The translations under genes were made by a program, and so were the position numbers. A stretch of DNA of 11,778 nt from Candidatus Sysuimicrobiota bacterium (lineage in GTDB: Bacteria > Sysuimicrobiota > Sysuimicrobiia > Sysuimicrobiales > Sysuimicrobiaceae): NCBI GenBank assembly GCA_040289515.1, contig PSLI01000049.1:1-11778 (forward strand). Reading direction: 5' to 3'. Position 1 is the stretch's first letter. Each line of letters begins with the position of its first letter. The notes under the pieces were generated by a model, which saw nothing but the letters and a program-made list of their open reading frames with translations, was not told the origin of the DNA and searched no databases. Shown here piece after piece: positions 1 to 6,530 of the stretch.

Positions 1-5
1 CCGAT

Positions 6-40
6 GCGGCCCGCACGGCTCGGCCGTGGGGCGGGGCCGC
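6..40. other. GC-rich interrupted hairpin downstream of rnhB
   Basis: GCGGCCC...CACGGC-TCG-GCCGTG...GGGCCGC, nested 7-bp and 6-bp stems. No U-tract is visible before the window ends. Confidence 0.35.
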
Positions 41-119
41 CGGTTGGCCAAAAACGTTAAAAGCCGGCGCAGCACGTCCGTAAAGAAGAACGAGCGGCAG
101 GCGCGGTTTGGAGGCGTGC

Positions 120-746
120 TTACAGGTCCCGGACACCCTCCCACAGACCCAGGGCCAGGGCCCGCACGGGCGCGAAGGAACGCCGGTGTACGGGACTGGG
201 GCCCAGCCGGCGCAGCGCCTCCAGGTGCGCTGGGCACGCGTAGCCCTTGTGGGAGGCGAACCCGTATCCGGGGTACAGGCGGTCCAGCTCCCCCATGATG
301 TGGTCCCGCTCCACCTTCGCCAACACCGAGGCCGCGGCGATGCAGGCCACCTTCCCGTCTCCTCCCACCACCGCACGCTGCGGGAGGTCCACCGCCAGCC
401 CCCAGGGGCCATCCACCAAAACCACCTCGGGCCGCACCCCGAGCCCTTCCACCGCCCGCCGCATGGCCAGGCGGGCGGCGTGCAGCACGTTCAGGCGGTC
501 CACCTCCTCCACGGTGGCCTGCGCCACCGCCCAGCTCACCGCCTGCCGGCGGATGCGGTCCGCCACCTCCTCCCGCTGACGAGGTGCAAGATGCTTGCTG
601 TCCTGGAGGTCAGGGATCCCGTAGCGCCTGTCCAGGATCACCGCGGCGGCCACCACAGGTCCTGCCAGGGGCCCGCGCCCCGCCTCGTCCACGCCGGCCA
701 CGTGCCGGTAACCGCCCCCGCGCAGGGCCCGTTCCAGGGCGTACAG
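120..746 (-). CDS. rnhB: Ribonuclease HII (start uncertain: CTG 746, GTG 863 or GTG 701)
   Basis: Motifs [50 protein letters not shown] and HRRSF. TAA stop at 120-122. Usual position after rplS-lepB. Confidence 0.96.
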   Translation of the reverse strand: MYALERALRGGGYRHVAGVDEAGRGPLAGPVVAAAVILDRRYGIPDLQDSKHLAPRQREEVADRIRRQAVSWAVAQATVEEVDRLNVLHAARLAMRRAVEGLGVRPEVVLVDGPWGLAVDLPQRAVVGGDGKVACIAAASVLAKVERDHIMGELDRLYPGYGFASHKGYACPAHLEALRRLGPSPVHRRSFAPVRALALGLWEGVRDL

Positions 747-754
747 GGAGGTGG

Positions 755-1396
755 CTACCGCACCAGCCCGACCCGGTACGGCGGCCAGTATACCAGCACG
801 GCCTTGCCCACCACGTTGCGCACGGGCACGAGCCCGAAGAAGCGGCTGTCCTCGCTGTTGCACCGGTTGTCCCCCATGACGAACAGGTGCCCCGCGTCCA
901 CCTTCCTGGGCCCGTAGTTCTGTGGGCAGCTGGCCTCTCCCTGGGCAGGGGTGAGGTCCCGCCGCATCTTTCCGTTCACCAGCACCACGCCGGAGCGCAG
1001 CTCCACGGTGTCGCCCGCCAGGCCCACCACCCGCTTGACAAAGTCCTTGCCGGGGTTGAGGGGGTAGCGGAACACGATCACGTCGCCGCGCTGGATGGGG
1101 GCCAGGCGGTAGTAGAACTTGGCTACCAGGATGCGGTCGCCCACCCGCAGGGTGGGCTCCATGGAGCCGGAGGGGATGTAGAAAGCCTGCACCACGAAGG
1201 TGATGATGAGGAAGGCGAGCACCACCGCGAACAAGGCCGCGTCCACGGTCTCCAGGACCATGCGGCGCAACGCGGGCGGGAACAGGTACGCGCGACGGAT
1301 GACGGTGCGGGCCGCCAGCAGACCCGCGGCCACCGCGAGGATGACCACGGGGATGCTGGGTTCCGACAGCGAGAACGCGAACGCAGCTCCCCTCAC
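755..1396 (-). CDS. lepB: Signal peptidase I
   Basis: Catalytic Ser box [16 protein letters not shown], catalytic Lys box [11 protein letters not shown] and box [13 protein letters not shown]. Two N-terminal hydrophobic segments. GTG start preceded by AGGGA. Confidence 0.96.
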   Translation of the reverse strand: MRGAAFAFSLSEPSIPVVILAVAAGLLAARTVIRRAYLFPPALRRMVLETVDAALFAVVLAFLIITFVVQAFYIPSGSMEPTLRVGDRILVAKFYYRLAPIQRGDVIVFRYPLNPGKDFVKRVVGLAGDTVELRSGVVLVNGKMRRDLTPAQGEASCPQNYGPRKVDAGHLFVMGDNRCNSEDSRFFGLVPVRNVVGKAVLVYWPPYRVGLVR

Positions 1397-1462
1397 GATT
1401 CCCTGGTCCCGGCCGCGCGCGGCCGCAGGCAGCCGGGGATTGACGCTACCGGCCCCGCACGG

Positions 1463-1804
1463 TCACCGACGCTCCTTAATGCGGGTGGCCTTGCCCACCT
1501 TCTCCCGCAGGTAGTACAGCTTGGCGCGCCGCACTTGGCCCCGGCGCACCACCTCCACCCGCTCCAGCCGCGGGGAGTGCAGGGGGAAGATGCGCTCCAC
1601 CCCCACCCCGTGAGAGATGCGCCGAACCGTCACCGTCTCCCGCAGCCCTCCGCCCCGGCGCGCTACCACCACGCCTTCGAAGGCCTGTACCCGTTCGCGG
1701 CCGCCCTCCACCACCTTGAAGTGTACCCGGATGGTGTCCCCCGGACCGAACTCCGGCAGGTCCCGCTTCAGGTACTCCTGCTCCACCAGCGCCACCTTGT
1801 CCAT
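1463..1804 (-). CDS. rplS: 50S ribosomal protein L19 (bL19)
   Basis: [40 protein letters not shown] and [13 protein letters not shown] preceded by SD-like GGTGAT. Confidence 0.99.
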   Translation of the reverse strand: MDKVALVEQEYLKRDLPEFGPGDTIRVHFKVVEGGRERVQAFEGVVVARRGGGLRETVTVRRISHGVGVERIFPLHSPRLERVEVVRRGQVRRAKLYYLREKVGKATRIKERR

Positions 1805-1872
1805 GTCGAATCACCGACCCTGAGTGTCCCGCCGCCCCTGCTCCGGAGGGCTGGGCGTAATCACAAAGGCGT

Positions 1873-1878
1873 ATTATA
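1873..1878 (-). promoter_or_regulatory. Candidate sigma70/sigmaA -10 element (TATAAT) for an internal rplS promoter
   Basis: The minus strand reads GTAGTG-TATAAT-ACG, overlapping the last codon and TAA stop of trmD, about 70 nt upstream of rplS. No recognisable -35. Confidence 0.5.
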
Positions 1879-2647
1879 CACTACGGGCTCCCCGCTCCCG
1901 TTCCTCCCGCAGCACCTCCTCCAGCAGGGCTCGGTCCTCCGCGTCCAGCGGGGCCGTGCGCAGCAGGTCCGGGCGGCGCTGCAGGGTCCTGCGAATCGCC
2001 TCCTTGCGCCGCCACCGGGCGATGGCCTGGTGGTTGCCGGACAGCAGCACCTCGGGAACCCGCAGCCCCTCCACTTCGGGGGGCCGCGTGTAGTGGGGGT
2101 AGTCCAGCAGCCCCCGGGTGAAGGAATCCTCTCGCACCGACGCCTCGTCCCCCACCACCCCGGACACCAGGCGGGCCGTGGCGTCCACGATGACCATGGC
2201 GGCCAGCTCCCCGCCCGTAAGCACGTAGTCGCCGATGGAGATCTCCTCCGCGCGCAAGCCCACCGACACCCGCTCGTCCACGCCTTCGTAGTGCCCGCAC
2301 AGGATCACCAGGTGGCCGGCCCGGCTGAACTCCTGCGCCAGTTGCTGGGTGAAGGGCCGACCCTGGGGGGACGTGAGGAGCACGCGGCCGAGCCCGCCTG
2401 CCTCCTCCGCGATGGCACGGGCCGCGGCGAAGAACGGCTCCGGCTTCATCACCATCCCAGGCCCGCCCCCGTACGGGTAGTCGTCGGTGGTGCGGTGGCG
2501 GTCCGTGGTGAAGTCCCGCAGGTTCCAGATCCTCACCATCAGCAGCCCTGCCCGCTGGGCCCGGCCCAGCACGCTGAGCTGCAGGGGCACGAAGGCCTCC
2601 GGGAAAACGGTGACGATGTCCACCCGCAGCGTCGGTCGGTCCTGCAC
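1874..2647 (-). CDS. trmD: tRNA (guanine-N1)-methyltransferase TrmD (m1G37)
   Basis: DIVTVFPE, DDYPYGGGPGMVMKPEP, LTSPQG, LCGHYEGVDER, SIGDYVLTGGE, LLDYPHYTRP and VPEVLLSGNH. GTG start. Confidence 0.99.
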   Translation of the reverse strand: MQDRPTLRVDIVTVFPEAFVPLQLSVLGRAQRAGLLMVRIWNLRDFTTDRHRTTDDYPYGGGPGMVMKPEPFFAAARAIAEEAGGLGRVLLTSPQGRPFTQQLAQEFSRAGHLVILCGHYEGVDERVSVGLRAEEISIGDYVLTGGELAAMVIVDATARLVSGVVGDEASVREDSFTRGLLDYPHYTRPPEVEGLRVPEVLLSGNHQAIARWRRKEAIRRTLQRRPDLLRTAPLDAEDRALLEEVLREERERGARSV

Positions 2648-2662
2648 GGAGGCTACGCCTCC
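2648..2662 (-). promoter_or_regulatory. Hairpin GGAGGC-GTA-GCCTCC containing the trmD Shine-Dalgarno and the rimM stop codon
   Basis: Perfect 6-bp inverted repeat directly 5' of the trmD GTG. GGAGG lies in the 5' arm and the rimM TAG lies in the loop and 3' arm. Confidence 0.55.
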
Positions 2663-3168
2663 TCTAAGCCTGGGGGCAGCCGCACTGTGATCCGGCGCCC
2701 GTCCACCGACACCTCCCCCACCACCTCCCGCACCGCAGGCAGCAGCACCTCCCGCCGGCCGTCGGGGACCACGTACACGTCGTGGGCCGGCCCCCGCAGC
2801 ACCTCCTCCAAACGCCCCAGGGCCCGGCCCTCCTCCGTAACCACCTCCGAGCCCAGCAGGTCGTCCACGTAGTAGGTCCCCTCAGGCAGGGGAACCCGCC
2901 CGCTGCGGGGCACGCACACCGCGGCACCGCGCAGCCGCTCCGCGGCGGTACGGTCCTCTACGCCCTCCAGCTTCACCAGGAAAGCCTCCTGGGCTCGGCG
3001 GACGGAGGCCACCCGCCGCTCCTCCACCCCCCAGGGCCCCACCAGCCAGACCGTGCGCAGGGACGCCAGACGCTGGGGGAAGTCGGTGTCCGGCACCAGC
3101 CGCACCTCACCCCGCAGCCCGTGCGGCCCGCTCACCCACGCCACTCGCACCCAGCTCTCCTCCCTCAT
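2653..3168 (-). CDS. rimM: 16S rRNA processing protein RimM
   Basis: GPHGLRGEVRL, LVKLEGVEDRTAAERLRG, LPEGTYYVDDLLG, AHDVYVV and EVLLPAV (PRC barrel). ATGA overlap with ylqD. Lies between rpsP/khpA and trmD. Confidence 0.97.
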   Translation of the reverse strand: MREESWVRVAWVSGPHGLRGEVRLVPDTDFPQRLASLRTVWLVGPWGVEERRVASVRRAQEAFLVKLEGVEDRTAAERLRGAAVCVPRSGRVPLPEGTYYVDDLLGSEVVTEEGRALGRLEEVLRGPAHDVYVVPDGRREVLLPAVREVVGEVSVDGRRITVRLPPGLEEA

Positions 3169-3572
3169 CCGCCGCGGACCTCCATCACGATGCCGTCCTT
3201 CACCACGATTTCCGTGCGGGCCAGCTTCTGAAACAGGTTGTCCCCCACCTGGACCTCCACCTGGGCGTCCACCGTGAGGTGCGGGAACTCGGTGTTAAGC
3301 TCCAACTCGCGTGCCTCCTGTAGGCGTTCCTGCAGCTCCGCCCGCAGGGCCTCGTGCCGCTGCCGCTCCAATTCCAGCTGCTGGCGCACCGCGCGGGTCT
3401 GCGGGGTGATCTGCCGCTCCAGGTCCATCCGGCGGATCTGGATCTCCACCTGAGCCAGCAAATCCTCCACCCGCCGCAGGGCATCCTCCAGCTCCCGCAC
3501 GTACAGGGCCTTGAAGTTCTCCGTCACGATGGCCTTCACCACCACCGGACGCAGCAGGGTGATCTTCGTCAT
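3165..3572 (-). CDS. ylqD: YlqD family protein (uncharacterised, coiled-coil)
   Basis: N-terminal ITLLRPVVVKAIVTENFK, central coiled coil and C-terminal VEVQVGDN...EIVVKDGIVMEVR are typical of YlqD. Position between khpA and rimM as in Bacillus. Strong SD AGGAGG. Confidence 0.9.
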   Translation of the reverse strand: MTKITLLRPVVVKAIVTENFKALYVRELEDALRRVEDLLAQVEIQIRRMDLERQITPQTRAVRQQLELERQRHEALRAELQERLQEARELELNTEFPHLTVDAQVEVQVGDNLFQKLARTEIVVKDGIVMEVRGG

Positions 3573-3581
3573 TCCCTCCTC

Positions 3582-3839
3582 CTATGGGGCGGCGTCCGGT
3601 CGGGGCCGCCCGTCCTCGATCTCCAGCTGCACCACCCGTCCGCCGCGCATCCCCGCGGCCCGTACCAGGGTCCGCAGGGCCCGCGCCATACGCCCACCAC
3701 GGCCGATGACCTTGCCCACGTCCTCCGGCGCCACCCGCACCCGCAGCACGGTGCCTCGTTCCCCGTCCGTCTCCTCCACCTCGACCCGGTCCGGGTGCGC
3801 CACGATGCCCCGCAGAACGTACTCCACCAGGTCCCGCAT
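3582..3839 (-). CDS. khpA: KH-domain RNA-binding protein KhpA (YlqC/UPF0109)
   Basis: MRDLVEYVLRGIVAHPD and DVGKVIGRGGRMARALRTLV (GxxG KH loop). Immediately after rpsP. Confidence 0.95.
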   Translation of the reverse strand: MRDLVEYVLRGIVAHPDRVEVEETDGERGTVLRVRVAPEDVGKVIGRGGRMARALRTLVRAAGMRGGRVVQLEIEDGRPRPDAAP

Positions 3840-3842
3840 GGC

Positions 3843-4127
3843 CTACCCCTGCGCCTTCCGGCTGGCCCGCCGGCGCTGCCACTCCTGCAGGATGCCCGTC
3901 TTCTGCAGGAGCACCCGCGCGCTGTCCGACGGCCGCGCGCCCCGCTCCAGCCACGCGATAGCCCGCTCCCTGTCGATGTGGATGGTGGACGGCTCCGTGC
4001 GGGGGTTGTAGTGGCCCAGGATCTCGATGGAGCGTCCGTCCCGGGGGGCCCGGGAGTCCGCCACCACCACCCGGTAGGCGGGTTGGTGTTTCTGCCCCAT
4101 CCGCATGAGCCGGATCTTCACCGCCAT
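3843..4127 (-). CDS. rpsP: 30S ribosomal protein S16 (bS16)
   Basis: [32 protein letters not shown] and [20 protein letters not shown]. Confidence 0.99.
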   Translation of the reverse strand: MAVKIRLMRMGQKHQPAYRVVVADSRAPRDGRSIEILGHYNPRTEPSTIHIDRERAIAWLERGARPSDSARVLLQKTGILQEWQRRRASRKAQG

Positions 4128-4157
4128 GGTCTCCCTCCTCCGTGCGTGGTGTCCCCC

Positions 4158-5489
4158 TCACAGGGGCGGCAGGGGCAGCCGTCTGGCCCAGCGCCCCCTG
4201 CGTTCCAGCTCCCGCATCATCCGCTTGGCCTCCTCGAACTGCTTGATCAGGCGGTTGACCTCCTGGACCGTGGTGCCGCTGCCACGGGCGATGCGGCGTT
4301 TACGGCTGGCGTTCAGGATGGACGGATCGCGCCGCTCCTGCGGCGTCATGGAGTCCAGGATGGCCTCCATGCGGCGGAGCTCGCGCTCCTGCTCCTGCAT
4401 TTCTTCCCGTCGGCGCCGCAGGGCGGGCCAGCCTGGGATCATGTCCAGGAGGCTCGTCAAGGGCCCCATGTGCCGCACCTGGCGCAGCTGCTCCCGGAAG
4501 TCCTCCAGGGTGAACTCCGCCCGCCGCAGCTTGCGCTCCAGTTCCGCGGCGCGCTCTGCGTCCACCGCCTCCCGGACCCGCTCCACCAGGGTGAGCACGT
4601 CCCCCATGCCCAGGATGCGGGACGCCATGCGGTCCGGGTGGAAGGGTTCCAGGGCCTCCAGGCGCTCCCCGGTCCCCACAAACAGCACGGGCCGTCCCAC
4701 CGTGGCCACCACCGACAACGCCGCGCCGCCCCGGGCGTCCCCGTCCAGCTTGGTGAGGATCACCCCATCCACGCCCAGGGCCTGGTGGAAGCGGGCAGCC
4801 ACGCGCGCGGCTTCCTGGCCCGTCATGGCGTCCAGCACCAGGAGCACGTGGTGGGCCCCGCAGCCGTCCCGCACCCGGCGCAGCTCCTCCAGGAGGTCGT
4901 CGTCCACATGCAGCCGGCCCGCGGTGTCCACCAGGACAAAGTCGTAGCCCGCGGAACGTGCGTGCTCCACCCCCGCCCGTGCCACCTCTGCGGGGTCGGG
5001 GGCCTCCTTTGTGAACACCGGCACACCCGCCTGCTCGCCCAGCACCTGCAGCTGCCGGATCGCCGCGGCGCGCTGCAGGTCCGCGGCCACGAGGAGCGGG
5101 CGGCGGCCGCGCTTGCGGAGGTGCAGGGCCAGCTTCGCCGCCTGAGTGCTCTTGCCGGTCCCGTGCAGGCCGCACAGGAGTACCACCGTGGGCGGCCGGG
5201 GGGACGGTACAAGCTCCCGGTGCTGCCCGCCCAGCAGCTGCACCAGCTCCTCGTACACCACCTGCACCACCTGCTGTGCGGGTGTGAGGCTCTTCCACAC
5301 TTCCCGGCCCAATGCGGTCTCGCGCACCCGGGCCACGAAGTCCCGCACCACCTGCACGTGCACGTCCGCCTCCAGAAGGGCCCGTCGCACCTCCCGTAGG
5401 GCCGCGTCCACATCCTCCGGTCGCAGGACCCCCCGCCCGCTCAGGCGGCGGAACACACCCAACAACCGTTCCTGCAGCGCCTCAAACAC
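4158..5489 (-). CDS. ffh: Signal recognition particle protein Ffh (SRP54)
   Basis: Likely start is GTG 5489 (MFEALQERL) with GGAGG 7 nt upstream, not the ORF-track start at 5594. Motifs REVRRALLEADV, GLHGTGKST, DTAGR, TKLDGDARGG, PFHPDRMASRILGMGD and M-domain SMTPQER/SRKRRIARGSG. Confidence 0.98.
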   Translation of the reverse strand: MFEALQERLLGVFRRLSGRGVLRPEDVDAALREVRRALLEADVHVQVVRDFVARVRETALGREVWKSLTPAQQVVQVVYEELVQLLGGQHRELVPSPRPPTVVLLCGLHGTGKSTQAAKLALHLRKRGRRPLLVAADLQRAAAIRQLQVLGEQAGVPVFTKEAPDPAEVARAGVEHARSAGYDFVLVDTAGRLHVDDDLLEELRRVRDGCGAHHVLLVLDAMTGQEAARVAARFHQALGVDGVILTKLDGDARGGAALSVVATVGRPVLFVGTGERLEALEPFHPDRMASRILGMGDVLTLVERVREAVDAERAAELERKLRRAEFTLEDFREQLRQVRHMGPLTSLLDMIPGWPALRRRREEMQEQERELRRMEAILDSMTPQERRDPSILNASRKRRIARGSGTTVQEVNRLIKQFEEAKRMMRELERRGRWARRLPLPPL

Positions 5490-6105
5490 CGCCGCGCCTC
5501 CAGAGGGCCCGGTACACCCGATATCCGCCTTCCCGCTCCACTTCCTCCGCCTCCCCGAACACCTCCGCCACCAGGCGGCCCAGGGTCTTGGCACCCTGGG
5601 CGGTGCGCGCCACCAGGTAGAATCGGCCGCCGGGTTTCAGGTGCGCCGGCCCGCCCTCCACCATAGCCCGCACCACCGCCCGTCCGGCTCGGATGGGCGG
5701 GTTCGTGGCGATCACGTCGAACCGGCGTCCCGCCACGGGGGCGTACAGATCCCCCTGCAGCACCTCCACATGGGCCAGGCCACACCGCCGAACGTTCTCC
5801 CGAGCCAGCTGCACTGCCCGCGGGTTGACGTCCACCAGCACCACGCGCCCCCGAACCGCCAGGGTGGCGGCCACGATCCCCACCACCCCGTAGCCGCAGC
5901 CCAGGTCCAGCACCTCGTCCCCGGGACGCACCTCCAGGGCCTCCAAGAGCAGGCGTGTACCGCGGTCCACACCGCGGTAGGAGAACACCCCGCGGTCGGT
6001 GAGGAAGCAGAACCGCCGGCCCTGAAAGTCAACGTGCACCACCCGCGGGCGCGAGGGCACCTGCGGTACCCGGCTGAAGTAGTGGGCCCGCCCAGGCTCG
6101 CTCAC
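5482..6105 (-). CDS. Class I SAM-dependent methyltransferase, small-MTase family, RsmC/YbxB-like
   Basis: GTG start at 6105 overlaps the ylxM stop (GTGA). Motifs HYFS, FLTDRGVFSYRGVDRGTRLLLE, motif I VLDLGCGYG, VDVNPRAV and motif IV TNPPIRAG. 207 aa, single domain. Confidence 0.92.
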   Translation of the reverse strand: MSEPGRAHYFSRVPQVPSRPRVVHVDFQGRRFCFLTDRGVFSYRGVDRGTRLLLEALEVRPGDEVLDLGCGYGVVGIVAATLAVRGRVVLVDVNPRAVQLARENVRRCGLAHVEVLQGDLYAPVAGRRFDVIATNPPIRAGRAVVRAMVEGGPAHLKPGGRFYLVARTAQGAKTLGRLVAEVFGEAEEVEREGGYRVYRALWRRGGV

Positions 6106-6476
6106 ACCAGCTCCCGTAGGGCCTGGACCCGCGCCAGGAGCCGCTGTGCCACCCGCCCGCTCAGGAGCCTCCGGATCTCCCCTTCCAGGCTGTCCAGCTG
6201 CCGCAGGAGGGCCTGCCGGCGGCGATCCTCGCCCCGAGCCCGCTGCACGAGCCCCAGGCACTCCTCGTACCGGGCCAGCTCCGCCACGGAGCGGCGCAGG
6301 CCGTCGTGGATGGCCTGACGGGTGACGCCCAGGCGTTGTGCGATCTCCGACAGGGACAAATCGTCGTGGAAGTACAGGGCCACCAGCTGCTGCTGCCGCG
6401 GGGTCAGCAGCCGCGCATATGCCTCAAACAGGCGAATCACCGCGAACCGGTCAGCCAGAAGGCGGTCCGTGCTCAA
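6102..6476 (-). CDS. ylxM: YlxM/UPF0122 family helix-turn-helix protein (SRP-associated)
   Basis: LFEAYARLLTPRQ, LYFHDDLSLSEIAQRLGVTRQAIHDGLRR and LARYEECLGL match the YlxM pattern. Lies between ftsY and ffh. Start is TTG 6476, or alternatively TTG 6491. Confidence 0.93.
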   Translation of the reverse strand: MSTDRLLADRFAVIRLFEAYARLLTPRQQQLVALYFHDDLSLSEIAQRLGVTRQAIHDGLRRSVAELARYEECLGLVQRARGEDRRRQALLRQLDSLEGEIRRLLSGRVAQRLLARVQALRELV

Positions 6477-6480
6477 CCCG

Positions 6481-6502
6481 TGTAAAGGCAACCTCCTTTA
6501 CA
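6481..6502. promoter_or_regulatory. Inverted repeat TGTAAAGG-N6-CCTTTACA over the ylxM RBS (candidate operator or SD-masking hairpin)
   Basis: Perfect 8-bp arms at 6481-6488 and 6495-6502, AT-rich against a GC-rich background. On the minus strand it contains AAGGAGG. Confidence 0.6.
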
Positions 6503-6530
6503 GGAAGCGTACCACGGACTGGCCGCCCCA

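Noticed and set aside
584..2872. 762-aa plus-strand ORF
   Set aside because: Antisense shadow in codon register with lepB, rplS and trmD, which share a frame. High GC3 removes antisense stops, and there are no protein motifs.
3354..5399. 681-aa plus-strand ORF
   Set aside because: In-register antisense shadow of ylqD, khpA, rpsP and ffh, with the His/Gln/Leu-rich composition typical of such shadows.
3165..5489. ffh, rpsP, khpA and ylqD all in one reading frame (possible read-through polyprotein)
   Set aside because: Each has its own stop and start, and most have a clear SD. Four genes share a frame by chance 1 time in 27, and no recoding signal is seen.
5490..5594. N-terminal extensions of Ffh (start 5594) and the MTase (start 6261) in the ORF track
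   Set aside because: They lie inside upstream genes and show no family resemblance. The GTG starts at 5489 and 6105 fit family N-termini and stop/start overlaps.
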